This document shows, one piece after another, positions 25,783-35,021 of a stretch of DNA of 64,000 nucleotides; position 1 is the stretch's first letter, and every line of letters starts with the position of its first letter. Below the pieces are notes generated by a model. It saw nothing but the letters and a program-made list of their open reading frames with translations, made no database searches and had not been told where the DNA came from. This stretch comes from Verrucomicrobiales bacterium (GTDB taxonomy: Bacteria > Verrucomicrobiota > Verrucomicrobiia > Limisphaerales > UBA9464). The stretch lies in the NCBI GenBank assembly GCA_027488845.1, contig JAIYBC010000024.1, forward strand, positions 1,583 to 65,582, written 5' to 3'. Made by a program: the position numbers and the translations under genes.

Positions 25783-26394
25783 TTAGTTCGAGACAGTGAA
25801 ATTGCGGGTGTAGGTACGGGCCGTGCCGCGGACGAAGAAGCCTTCGCCGACGCGAACGGTCGGGTTGCCACCTTCCCAGACACCGTCAACGAAGCTCTTC
25901 AGACCGAAACCGGTGCCGGTCCACTGGAACACGTCGTCGCCTTCGGCGGCAGGGAAACCACCAACCGCGGCGGCAGTGATGTCGCCAGCGAGCGGGAGGG
26001 GAACGGAGATCAGGTTGAAGCCGTTGATGAGCGCCTTGGTGTTGGAGAGGCTGACCTCACCGATCAGGGTCACCGTGGTGGCCGCGCTGACGCGAACGAA
26101 GAAACCTTCGCCCGGGGTCAGGGTCTGGGTCGGAACATCCCAAGCTCCGTCAACGAAGCTGTTCAGGGTGTAGCCGGTGCCAGTCCACTTGAAGACGTCC
26201 GTGCCTTCCGGAACATTGAGGACAGTGCCAACGCGGTTGTCACCGTTGTTCAGCTGGTTGGCAACCAGGTTGAAGCCGGGATTCAGGCTGAGCCGAATGT
26301 AGCCGACGATGTTCTGGCTGGTCACTTGGGCAGCCCCGGTGACGGCGCCAACGGCCGCAACAACAGCAGCCAAGAGGAGCGATTTGGTGTTCAT
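25783..26394 (-). CDS. secreted protein with an internal tandem duplication, function unknown
   Basis: Signal peptide MNTKSLLLAAVVAAVGAVTGAAQ. Two repeats: DVFKWTGTGYTLNSFVDGAWD...PGEGFFVR and DVFQWTGTGFGLKSFVDGVWE...VGEGFFVR. It ends 21 nt upstream of the PEP-CTERM gene. Confidence 0.8.
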   Translation of the reverse strand: MNTKSLLLAAVVAAVGAVTGAAQVTSQNIVGYIRLSLNPGFNLVANQLNNGDNRVGTVLNVPEGTDVFKWTGTGYTLNSFVDGAWDVPTQTLTPGEGFFVRVSAATTVTLIGEVSLSNTKALINGFNLISVPLPLAGDITAAAVGGFPAAEGDDVFQWTGTGFGLKSFVDGVWEGGNPTVRVGEGFFVRGTARTYTRNFTVSN

Positions 26395-26521
26395 TGTGGT
26401 TTGATTACTTCCGTGTGTGCCTGTGTTTTGTCAGCCCGTCCATCCACCGTCAACGAATTTCTTGAACAAAGGATCCGCGGGCCTCGGAGAAGTTCCCAAG
26501 TTCATTGCAACCCGTTGAAAA

Positions 26522-27406
26522 TCAACCAGCCGCTGGAGCACCCGCGGCGGTGGCCGTGTTGGAAAGAAGCAGGGCGATGGTCATGGGCCCCACGCCACCC
26601 GGATTGGGCGTGATCCACGCCGCCTTTTCACGGACCGCCTCGAAGTCCACGTCTCCCACCAGTCGACTTCCGTTCGGAGCCGTGGGATCCGGAATCCGGT
26701 TGACCCCCACGTCGATGACCACGGCCCCGGGGCGGATCATTTCGGCCTTGAGAAAACGGGGGACACCCATGGCTGCGATGACGATGTCCGCTCTCTGCGT
26801 GTGCCTTGCGATGTCGCGCGTTCCGCTGTGGCAGAGGGTGACCGTGCAGTTCGCATGGCGGGCTTTCTGAAGCAGGATGGCCGCCATGGGTTTCCCCACG
26901 ATGTTCCCCCGCCCCAACACCGTCACCTCCGCACCGTCCATCGGGATGCCCGAGCGGATCAGCAACTGGTGAACACCCGCCGGGGTGCACGGGAGGAATC
27001 CACCGGTGTCCCCGAGCATCAACCGCCCGACGTTGATGGGATGGAATCCATCGACATCCTTGCCGGGCAGCACGGTGCCGTAGATGACCGAGGAGTCGAT
27101 GTGACTCGGAAGCGGGGCTTGGACCAGGATCCCGTGGACGGTCGGATCCGAGTTGAGGGCCTTCAGAAGTGCCACCAGCTCCGCCTGGGTGGTGCTGGAT
27201 GGAAGGACGTGGGTGACCGATCGGATGCCGAGTTCCCGGGATTTCTTCTCCTTCATCCCGACATAGACCACGGAGGCCGGGTCTTCGCCCACTCTCACGA
27301 AGGCCAGCCCGGGCACAATCCCGCGGCGGGCGAGTTCGGCGACGCGGGCGGCGGTTTCCGAATGGATCTGGGCGGAGATCGCCCTTCCGTCGATGAGTTG
27401 ACTCAT
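26522..27406 (-). CDS. folD: bifunctional methylenetetrahydrofolate dehydrogenase/methenyl-THF cyclohydrolase
   Basis: MSQLIDGRAIS..., VGEDPASVVYV, GRGNIVGKPMA, PGGVGPMT. Start at ATG 27404-27406. Confidence 0.95.
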   Translation of the reverse strand: MSQLIDGRAISAQIHSETAARVAELARRGIVPGLAFVRVGEDPASVVYVGMKEKKSRELGIRSVTHVLPSSTTQAELVALLKALNSDPTVHGILVQAPLPSHIDSSVIYGTVLPGKDVDGFHPINVGRLMLGDTGGFLPCTPAGVHQLLIRSGIPMDGAEVTVLGRGNIVGKPMAAILLQKARHANCTVTLCHSGTRDIARHTQRADIVIAAMGVPRFLKAEMIRPGAVVIDVGVNRIPDPTAPNGSRLVGDVDFEAVREKAAWITPNPGGVGPMTIALLLSNTATAAGAPAAG

Positions 27407-27501
27407 GATTTCTGAAGAGGAATCGCGCCGGCTCGGGAGACGATGTCGCCGGGGAAGCCTTCGGTGAACCGGGGCCCCTGGAACCGCGCGGCGCAGACAG
27501 A

Positions 27502-28596
27502 TCAATATCCGGGCTCGAGCACGATGGACTTGACCCGAAGCACGGTCTTGGCCGGCGAGCCGGCGGTCTGGAATTCGTCGGCCACGACGCGGACGACCTT
27601 TCCCCGGAAGGCCCCAAACCGGATCGAGTTGTCCTCGGAGGCGAGGAATCCCAGCCGGCCTTCACCCCGAAGCACGCTGGTCAGCTCGAAATAGGAAGGG
27701 CTCTGGGGTTCCAGACTCAGGCCGACACGCCCGACCCGAACCACGGACCGGACGGTCTCGGAGTAGCGCAGCAGCGTTTGGGAACCTTCGATGTAGGACG
27801 CGGTGGCCGAAGAGGTCGTGGGCACGGCAGCGGGCACAACAGGAACGGCGACAGCAGGCAAGGCCGGCGCCACCGGTGTCGTGGCCACGGTGGTCGGGAC
27901 CTGAACCGCAGGGACCGAATTGGCGACGATGGCGGTGTTCGAATTGGCAGATTTCGCCTCGAGGACTTCCGTCCGGCGAACCGCGCGAACCTCGGAGGAC
28001 ACCGGAGTCACCTTCGATCCCGGGTCTTCCGGCAAAGGATCCGCCGGCAGGGTCTTCGGTTCGGCAACCGCTTCTACAAGACGGGTGATCTCCGTCTGGG
28101 AATTCCGGGCGATCCCGGTCTTCTCCACGGAGATCGAGGTGTCACCGGAGCCCGTGAGCAGGCCGGTGGAGATGAATGCGGAGAGGTCGGCCGGGGGGTC
28201 GATCTGGACCCAGCCATCGGATTCGCGGACGACGGTGACGCGGTCCCCTTGCTTGAGACGTCCGAGTTCGGAGTAGTTCTTCCCGGGGCCGGAACGGAGG
28301 TTGGCCTCCTTGGCGCGGATCTTCTGGGCGGGGACATCCACCAGCGGTCCGAAGATCCAGATCGGCACCCCGGCCGGGACGGCGACGCGGGTCCATCCGC
28401 CGGAATCGGCGCCCAGCACCTGAACCCGGTCACCGCGCTTGAGAGTGGCCAGAACCTCCGCCTCGCGGGATGGAGCGACGCGGACATTGACCCGGTCCGT
28501 CCGGACGGCCCGGGATTCGGGGATTTCCAATGCCGAGGCGGGAAACACGGTTCCCAGGGCGACGGCGACGGCGAGCAGGAGGTGCATTCGATTCAT
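27502..28596 (-). CDS. exported protein with two bacterial SH3 (SH3_3) domains and an uncharacterised C-terminal domain
   Basis: Signal peptide present. Two copies of the pattern VNVRVAPSREAEVLATLKRGDRVQVL..GGWTRV and ANLRSGPGKNYSELGRLKQGDRVTVV..DGWVQI. Confidence 0.8.
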   Translation of the reverse strand: MNRMHLLLAVAVALGTVFPASALEIPESRAVRTDRVNVRVAPSREAEVLATLKRGDRVQVLGADSGGWTRVAVPAGVPIWIFGPLVDVPAQKIRAKEANLRSGPGKNYSELGRLKQGDRVTVVRESDGWVQIDPPADLSAFISTGLLTGSGDTSISVEKTGIARNSQTEITRLVEAVAEPKTLPADPLPEDPGSKVTPVSSEVRAVRRTEVLEAKSANSNTAIVANSVPAVQVPTTVATTPVAPALPAVAVPVVPAAVPTTSSATASYIEGSQTLLRYSETVRSVVRVGRVGLSLEPQSPSYFELTSVLRGEGRLGFLASEDNSIRFGAFRGKVVRVVADEFQTAGSPAKTVLRVKSIVLEPGY

Positions 28597-28617
28597 GCGG
28601 GGCGGGCTCCAAGCGGG

Positions 28618-29340
28618 TCAGGAAGCGGATTTGGGGAGAAGGGAACGAACTTCGGCGGGCGTCAGGACGCGCCATTTGCCCACACGCAGCTCCCCCAGCT
28701 TGATCGGTCCGATCTGGACCCTGCGAAGCTGGACGACTTCATGGCCGAGAACTTCAAACAGTCGGCGGACCTCGCGGTTCTTGCCCTGGGCCAGCTCCAA
28801 CTCGACCACGCTGTGGGAGTTGTTGGAATCCACGAGGCGGACCCGTTCCGCCTTCAGGATCTCCCCCTCGTGTTCGACACCCTCGGTGAAGCGGGCGATC
28901 TGGGACGACTCCAGTCGCCCCTCCACGACCGCGACGTACTTCTTGCGCACGCCGTAGCGAGGATGGGTGAGCTTGAGGCAGAAGTCCCCGTCGTTGGTGA
29001 GGAAGATCAACCCTTCGCTGTCGCGGTCGAGGCGTCCGACCGTATAGAGCTGGGCCCATTCCGGCGGCAGGAGTTCCCCGACGATGCGGCGTTCCTCCGG
29101 ATCGGTGCGCGAACACAGGAATCCGGGAGGCTTGTTGACCGCCACATACAACTTCTTCCGGGATCGGAGGGTCCTTCCGTCCACGACCACCTGATCCTGG
29201 TCCGGATCCACCTTGGTGCCGAGTTCGGTGACGGTCCGACCGTTGACCGCCACAGAACCGCCCGCGATGAGCCGTTCCGCGGCGCGCCGCGAGGCGACGC
29301 CGGCGTCGGCGAGGAATTTCTGGAGTCGGACGGAAGCCAT
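28618..29340 (-). CDS. rluB: pseudouridine synthase, RsuA/RluB family, with an S4 domain
   Basis: RLQKFLADAGVASRRAAERLI (S4 domain), then GRLDRDSEGLIFLTNDGDF (catalytic Asp motif). Confidence 0.9.
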   Translation of the reverse strand: MASVRLQKFLADAGVASRRAAERLIAGGSVAVNGRTVTELGTKVDPDQDQVVVDGRTLRSRKKLYVAVNKPPGFLCSRTDPEERRIVGELLPPEWAQLYTVGRLDRDSEGLIFLTNDGDFCLKLTHPRYGVRKKYVAVVEGRLESSQIARFTEGVEHEGEILKAERVRLVDSNNSHSVVELELAQGKNREVRRLFEVLGHEVVQLRRVQIGPIKLGELRVGKWRVLTPAEVRSLLPKSAS

Positions 29341-29419
29341 GGTGTGGAAATGCGAAGCCGACTGACGGGCAATCGTGGCCCGGCAGCCGGCGTCGAGGGG
29401 AATCCGGGCTGAGTAGGGA

Positions 29420-29575
29420 CTACTCCGGGGGCTTGGTCTTGCGGAGACCGGTGACCCGATCGCCCTCTTTCCATTGGGTGCGGGACTTGAGGATGGCGAC
29501 GCGCTCGAAGCGCTTCAGGACGTTTCGCTTGGCGCCCAGGTTGCTCGAGGCACGGAGGCTGTTGTGCTGCGACAT
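29420..29575 (-). CDS. small basic protein (51 aa), resembles the PVC-group small basic protein family (TIGR04137-like)
   Basis: MSQHNSLRASSNLGAKRNVLKRFERVAILKSRTQWKEGDRVTGLRKTKPPE. ATG at 29573-29575. The family is recalled from memory and was not searched. Confidence 0.55.
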   Translation of the reverse strand: MSQHNSLRASSNLGAKRNVLKRFERVAILKSRTQWKEGDRVTGLRKTKPPE

Positions 29576-29719
29576 AAAAATGGTCTTTCTCCCGGCCGTT
29601 GCGGGGTGGATCTCCAGATTTCCGCCCGACCGGAACGCTTCTTGTACCGGGTGTGGCGAATCTTGCAAACGGGATTTTTGGGTCGACCGACACCGACGGC
29701 TTGGGCTCCTCTGCCCGGA

Positions 29720-30181
29720 ATGAACCCTTGGGAGTCGCCCGGGATCGCACGTCGGATCGGATGGCTGGTCCACAGCCACCGGCTTTGGACCGGCCGGGAC
29801 CTGATGTCGGCAGCCGACGAATCCTCCCTAGCGGAGCGCGTTTGGGCCGCACCCTTCGTGGTGGTGTCCCACGGCACCGAAGCGGACCCGGTTTTGTGGT
29901 ACGGCAACCGCACCGCCCTCGGGCTTTGGCAAATGGATTGGGCGGAATTCACGTCAACCCCATCGCGTTTCACCGCGGAGGCGCCGGAACGGGAGGAACG
30001 CGCCCGCCTGATGGCCGCCGTCACCGCCCGCGGATTCATCGACGACTACGCCGGGGTGAGGATCAGCCGGAACGGCCGCCGCTTCCGGATCCACCGGGCG
30101 ACCGTCTGGAACGTGGTCGATCCCGAAGGCCGTCCCGCGGGTCAGGCGGCCTCCTTCGCGGAATGGGAGTGGCTGGATTGA
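29720..30181 (+). CDS. MEKHLA domain-containing protein
   Basis: VVSHGTEADPVLWYGNRTALGLWQMDWAEFTSTPSRFTAEAPEREERARLM...DDYAGVRISRNGRRFRIHRATVWNVVDPEGRPAGQAASF matches the bacterial MEKHLA pattern. Confidence 0.8.
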   Translation: MNPWESPGIARRIGWLVHSHRLWTGRDLMSAADESSLAERVWAAPFVVVSHGTEADPVLWYGNRTALGLWQMDWAEFTSTPSRFTAEAPEREERARLMAAVTARGFIDDYAGVRISRNGRRFRIHRATVWNVVDPEGRPAGQAASFAEWEWLD

Positions 30182-30239
30182 GGCCGACCCGAATCGAGCG
30201 CGGACTGGATTCCCGGCCGTTTCCCGCCCAGAGTGCCTC

Positions 30240-30608
30240 ATGAAGACCGCCGCCGTACTGGGAGCCTCCACCGATCCGTCCAAATTCGGCCACAAGGCCG
30301 TCCTCGCCTACGTGCGACAGGGATACACCGTCTGGCCGGTGAACCCGCGCGAAGCCACCGTCGCCGGACTCGTGGCTTTCCCGGATGTCGCTTCCCTGCC
30401 CGGCCGCCCCGATGTGGTGAGCGTCTACCTGCCTCCCAAGATCCTGTTGGGGGTGCTGCCGGCACTGGCCGCGCGTGGATGCGACGAACTGTGGCTCAAT
30501 CCCGGCACCGACTCGGAGGAGGTCGTGAAGGCGGCGGAAGCCCTCGGTCTCCCGGTCATCCGGGCCTGCAGCATCGTCGGACTCGGCCTATCGCCGTCGC
30601 AGCTTTAG
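30240..30608 (+). CDS. CoA-binding domain protein (YccU/YneT-like)
   Basis: 122 aa: AVLGASTDPSKFGHKAV...GYTVWPVNP...VDVVSVYLPP...LWLNPG. Confidence 0.85.
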   Translation: MKTAAVLGASTDPSKFGHKAVLAYVRQGYTVWPVNPREATVAGLVAFPDVASLPGRPDVVSVYLPPKILLGVLPALAARGCDELWLNPGTDSEEVVKAAEALGLPVIRACSIVGLGLSPSQL

Positions 30609-30676
30609 GGCAGCGGGGCCGTCGGCGAGCCCCAACCGGGGCTGGATTCCCTCCGCGGTCCGTGTTCCCTAGGGAC

Positions 30677-31816
30677 ATGAACTCCCTCACGGCTGCCATC
30701 GCCACGTCCACGCTTCTCGCCATGCCCTTGACCGCCGCCAGCCACCTGCTTTTCGTCGGCGCCTACACCGGCCCCAAGAGCGAGGGCATCCACGCGTTCC
30801 GCTTCGACGATTCCACGGGGGCCACCGAGGCCATCGGGCTCGTCGCCCGCACTGAGAATCCGACGTTCCTCGCCATCCATCCCAACGGCCGGTTCCTCTA
30901 CGCCGCCAACGAAACCGGAAAATGGAAGGGCCGGGACGGCGGGTATGTGACGGCCTACGCGATCGACACGGCGTCGGGTCGGCTCCGGGAACTGGGCCAG
31001 CAGTCCACCGTGGGAGGCGGGCCATGCCACCTGTCGACCGACCCGGCAGGACGCCAGCTGATGGTGGCCAACTACGGCGGTGGCAGCACCGTCTCGTTGC
31101 CGATCCTGGCCGACGGCTCGGTGGGTCCGCACAACTTCTTCGCCCAGCACCGCGGCAGCAGCGTCAACAAGGCGCGCCAAGGCGAACCCCACGCGCACTC
31201 GGTCAACCTCGGACCGGAAGGACGGTTCGCCTGGGTGGCCGACCTGGGCACGGATCGGGTGCTGGCCTACGCCTTCGAACCGTCGCGCGGCCTGGTGAAG
31301 GCGCTGCCACAACAGGACGCGGTCCTCGAGCCGGGCAGCGGCCCCAGGCACCTCGCCTTCAGTCCCGACGGCCGGAACGCCTACGTGATCAACGAACTCC
31401 TCTCGACCGTGACGACGTTCGCCTACGACGGGAAGGCCGGACGGATGACCCCGGTGGAAACCGTCTCGACGTTGCCGCCGGGACACGACGGCAAGGACAC
31501 CTCCACGGCCGAGGTGCGTGTCCATCCAAGTGGACGCTTCGTCTTCGGATCCAACCGCGGACACGACTCGATCGCGGTGTTCCAGAGGGATCCGGGAACG
31601 GGTCGCCTGAAGTTGGGCGAGATCACCAAGACCGGCGGAAAGACGCCCCGGAACTTCAACTTCGACCCGACCGGCAAGCACCTCTTCGCCGCCGGCCAGA
31701 ACTCGCATGACATCCGCCAGTTCCGCATCGATCCGCAGACCGGAAGCCTGATCCCGACCGGGCTGTCGCTGTCGGTGGGATCACCGGTCTGCCTGCGATT
31801 CGTGACGGTTCCCTGA
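30677..31816 (+). CDS. lactonase family protein (7-bladed beta-propeller, 6-phosphogluconolactonase-like), exported
   Basis: Signal peptide MNSLTAAIATSTLLAMPLTAAS. Repeated propeller motifs: GGGPCHLSTDPAGRQLMVANYGGGS, PHAHSV, GSGPRHLAFSPDGRNAYVINE. Confidence 0.85.
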   Translation: MNSLTAAIATSTLLAMPLTAASHLLFVGAYTGPKSEGIHAFRFDDSTGATEAIGLVARTENPTFLAIHPNGRFLYAANETGKWKGRDGGYVTAYAIDTASGRLRELGQQSTVGGGPCHLSTDPAGRQLMVANYGGGSTVSLPILADGSVGPHNFFAQHRGSSVNKARQGEPHAHSVNLGPEGRFAWVADLGTDRVLAYAFEPSRGLVKALPQQDAVLEPGSGPRHLAFSPDGRNAYVINELLSTVTTFAYDGKAGRMTPVETVSTLPPGHDGKDTSTAEVRVHPSGRFVFGSNRGHDSIAVFQRDPGTGRLKLGEITKTGGKTPRNFNFDPTGKHLFAAGQNSHDIRQFRIDPQTGSLIPTGLSLSVGSPVCLRFVTVP

Positions 31817-31888
31817 TCGGGACTCCGTCCCGTTGGTGCCGGTGCCGAACTCCGACCCGGGCCACCCAAGGAACGGGTCTGCGGCGGA

Positions 31889-33115
31889 TCAGACCAGGCG
31901 ACCCAGAACCGGGTCGGCAGCCAGCTTCTTCACCAGGTCCTTGATCTTCTGGGACTCGGCCTTGGTGGCCACGAGGGCCGCGTCGTCGGTGAGGACGATG
32001 ATGCTGTCCTTGACCCCGACCAAGGTGATGGGAGTGCGGCCGCGGGTACGGCCGTCGAAGACCACGTTGTGGGCGGCGTCCACGTGCACCAGTTGGGCCA
32101 CCGCGGCATTGCCCTCGGGATCCTGCTTCACATGCCGTGCGAGGGCAGGCCACGCGCCGAGGTCATCCCAGTCGAACGATCCGTCGGCGACGACGACGTT
32201 CCTGGCCTTTTCCATGATGGCGAAGTCCACGCTGATCTTCCGGATCGCCGGATATTCCTTGGCGAGGACGGAAGCCAACCGGGCGGCGCCCTTGCCGGCC
32301 GCCTCGAACCAGCGGCGACACGCCTCGTTCAGCTCGGGCTGATGGGTTTCCAAGGCATTGGTGATGGTGACGAAGGACCAGACGAACATGCCGGCGTTCC
32401 AGCGGTAGTTCCCGGCGGCGAGGTACTCCTGCGCCTTCTCCAGGTTGGGCTTCTCGACGAACCGTTCTGCCTTGAAGAAGGCGGTCTTGAGGACCTTGGC
32501 GCCGGAAGGCGCGGGCAGGACGTCACCGGACTGGATGTAGCCGTAGCCCGTCTCCGGGCCTGTCGGCTGGATTCCGATGGTGACGATCACCTGTCCGCGT
32601 GAGGCGACCTCGAGGGCGTCGGAGAGGACCTGACGGAACTTCTTCTCGTCGGGGATGACGTGGTCGGCGGGGAGGACGGCCATGACCGCGGTGGTGGACC
32701 GGGCGCCGACGAGGGCGGCGCCGAGCGCGACGGCGGCGCAGGTGTCGCGGCCGACCGGTTCACCGACCACGTTGTCCTTGGGCAGCTCCGGCAGCTGTCG
32801 CCGGACCTCGGCCGCCTGGACGGCGTTGGTGATGATCAGGATGTTCTCGAGCGGCACGACCGCCCGGACGCGGTCGACCGCCTGCTGGAGGAAGGAACGC
32901 TCGCCGAGAAGGCGGATCAGCTGCTTCGGGGTCTTCTCCCGGCTGACCGGCCAGAACCGTTCGCCGCGACCGCCGGCCATGATGATGACGAACCGGTCGG
33001 CGCCGGCCGGCTTGCGGGCCGGTTTCGCCTTGGGCGCATCCGGCTTGGAGGCGGCTTTCGGGGCGGCTTTGGGAGCCTTGGACTGGAGGGACTTCCTGGA
33101 GAGCAGCTTCTTCAT
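31889..33115 (-). CDS. mannose-1-phosphate guanylyltransferase-like nucleotidyltransferase with a Lys/Ala/Pro-rich N-terminal tail
   Basis: FVIIMAGGRGERFWPVSREKTPKQL, EPVGRDTCAAVA, LPADHVI and TIGIQPTGPETGYGYI are ManC-type motifs. The only in-frame start upstream of the Rossmann motif is ATG 33113-33115, giving MKKLLSRKSLQSKAPKAAPKAASKPDAPKAKPARKPAGADR. Confidence 0.85.
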   Translation of the reverse strand: MKKLLSRKSLQSKAPKAAPKAASKPDAPKAKPARKPAGADRFVIIMAGGRGERFWPVSREKTPKQLIRLLGERSFLQQAVDRVRAVVPLENILIITNAVQAAEVRRQLPELPKDNVVGEPVGRDTCAAVALGAALVGARSTTAVMAVLPADHVIPDEKKFRQVLSDALEVASRGQVIVTIGIQPTGPETGYGYIQSGDVLPAPSGAKVLKTAFFKAERFVEKPNLEKAQEYLAAGNYRWNAGMFVWSFVTITNALETHQPELNEACRRWFEAAGKGAARLASVLAKEYPAIRKISVDFAIMEKARNVVVADGSFDWDDLGAWPALARHVKQDPEGNAAVAQLVHVDAAHNVVFDGRTRGRTPITLVGVKDSIIVLTDDAALVATKAESQKIKDLVKKLAADPVLGRLV

Positions 33116-33202
33116 GTTCGGCAGGCGGAGAGCAGAGCCGAAGCGGCGGGGCGGGACAAACCGGATTTCTCGGAACCCGCCCGTTCCCGAACCGAAGAAC
33201 GT

Positions 33203-34897
33203 TCAGAGCGGCCGTGTCGGGACCGTCCATTCGAGTTCGAATCCCTGGGCGCGAAGAGAGGCCTGGTACTCCCGGAGCAATTCAGGACGGGAATGGACCG
33301 CGGCGGGCGGCTGCTTCTTCTCCAGACAGAAGGCCGCCAGGGCCCCGGCCGCCTCGCCCACGTTCCATTCGACCGGATGGAGACGGTAGCAGCCGTTGGT
33401 GATGTGGGTGACACCGAGGTTCTTGCCGGCGGCGAGCAGGTTCTCCATCCGCTGCGGTATCAGCGCCCCAAGCGGTATCTGGAACGGGAGAGAGGACAGG
33501 TCGACGTAGTTGCGTCCCGAGGTCGAGGGGTGGAGGTCGATCCGGTAGGCCCCGACTCCGACCGAATCGGGGAACTCCGTCGACCGGACCTTGTCGCGGG
33601 ACGCGCCCGTCTCCCGCATGCGGGCCTCGGTGGAGACATGCTGCTCGAGCACCGTGAAGCGTGCGCGGATGCGACGGCTTTCGCGGATGTACGGCGCCAG
33701 CGCGAAGCCGTCGGCCGTTCCCAACAGGCCGGGTGCGGGCCTGAGCCCGGGCCAACCCGTGCCACCGTCCGGACGCGGCGCCTCGGTCTGCAGCCAATAC
33801 AGGAACGAGCGGCTCAGCGCCTTGGCCTCCTGCATCCGGGCATGACGTTGGGCCTGGGTGACGTCGGGCCCCACCAGCGGCGCGAGCCAGTGGTCGTTGT
33901 GGGGCCAGTTGACGAGGCAGACCGACGGAAAGGCGGCGGGATCGCGGAAACGCGAGGCCTGACGGATGCGACGGTAGGTCCAGAGGTTGGGGAAGCCCCC
34001 TTCCCCAACCGGATCGAACGGCAGGGACCGAGGCCGGAGCGTGATCGGATCCGGATGTTCCCAGCGGAAGAGCGGACCGGTCCAGGGGGGCTTGAGATCC
34101 GGGATGTAGTCCCGCCAGCGCAGGTAATCCTCGGGCCGGTCGAGCACGTGGTTGCGACCCGGATGGTGTTCTAGGGCGAAGCACCAGGTGATCGCCTGCT
34201 GGTCGAGCGGATCGGCGGTCTCCGGTGCGGAGGGCTCGCCGGTTTCGCGTCGCGATTCCGCGCCGGTGACGTGTTCGACACCGCCGAGGGGAAGGAGGTC
34301 GCCGAGCTCGGTGGCATCGAGGACGTAGGGAGCCTGAACGGTCCAGTGCGGTCCGCCGGAAAGGCCCTCGAAGACGACGGCACCGATGCGGTCGCCGCGG
34401 CGTTCGAGGGACAGGGGCCGATGTCCAAGCAGCATCGTGAGCCGGCCGCTGGCGATGTGGGGAGCGAGCAGCGACTGAAGGGCCTCGCGGGCGAGCTGCG
34501 GTTCGCAACAGAGACGGGACACCCAACCGCCGCCGGGATTGGAGAGCTCCACCGCGGCGGCGGCGTCGGTGAGCGGACGGAGGCGGTCGAACTCCCGGAC
34601 GCGATCCCGGAACTCCCGGTAGGAACGGGTGCAGCCGGCCTGTTCGATCCACGGATGCTCGTCCGGCGGCACGCCCTGGGAGGTGAACTGTCCGCCGAGC
34701 CACCGAGTCTCCTCGGTCAGGACCACCCGCCGGCCCGCACGACATGCGGCCAAGGCGGCGGCGACGCCGCCGACACCACCGCCGACGACGAGGACATCGG
34801 CGCGGATGCCCGTGGGTTGTCGGACCCTCGCTGCAGCGACCCGGGGCGCGACGGTGGCGGCGGCCCCGGAGAGGAACAGGAATCGACGTCGGTTCAC
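33203..34897 (-). CDS. FAD-dependent oxidoreductase with a Tat-type signal
   Basis: VNRRRFLFLSGAAATVAPRVAAA (twin-arginine signal), then DVLVVGGGVGGVAAALAACRAGRRVVLTEE (GxGxxG). Start assigned to GTG 34895-34897. The longer ORF-track extension overlaps argH antisense. Confidence 0.8.
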   Translation of the reverse strand: MNRRRFLFLSGAAATVAPRVAAARVRQPTGIRADVLVVGGGVGGVAAALAACRAGRRVVLTEETRWLGGQFTSQGVPPDEHPWIEQAGCTRSYREFRDRVREFDRLRPLTDAAAAVELSNPGGGWVSRLCCEPQLAREALQSLLAPHIASGRLTMLLGHRPLSLERRGDRIGAVVFEGLSGGPHWTVQAPYVLDATELGDLLPLGGVEHVTGAESRRETGEPSAPETADPLDQQAITWCFALEHHPGRNHVLDRPEDYLRWRDYIPDLKPPWTGPLFRWEHPDPITLRPRSLPFDPVGEGGFPNLWTYRRIRQASRFRDPAAFPSVCLVNWPHNDHWLAPLVGPDVTQAQRHARMQEAKALSRSFLYWLQTEAPRPDGGTGWPGLRPAPGLLGTADGFALAPYIRESRRIRARFTVLEQHVSTEARMRETGASRDKVRSTEFPDSVGVGAYRIDLHPSTSGRNYVDLSSLPFQIPLGALIPQRMENLLAAGKNLGVTHITNGCYRLHPVEWNVGEAAGALAAFCLEKKQPPAAVHSRPELLREYQASLRAQGFELEWTVPTRPL

Positions 34898-35021
34898 CGG
34901 GGAACAGTCTGGCCATCCTGGGCCCTTCCAGCCAGTCCGGAAGCTCGACCGAGCCGACCCCAACCCGCGTGTTCCCGCGTGACTTCGCGGCCGCCGCTGA
35001 GAATCTCCGCGCGCCCAAGGC

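Noticed and set aside
33225-33250. tRNA-like T-loop string GAGTTCGAATCCC
   Set aside because: The flanking bases do not form a T-stem, and no acceptor or anticodon arms can be drawn. The sequence lies inside the C-terminal coding region of the FAD oxidoreductase.
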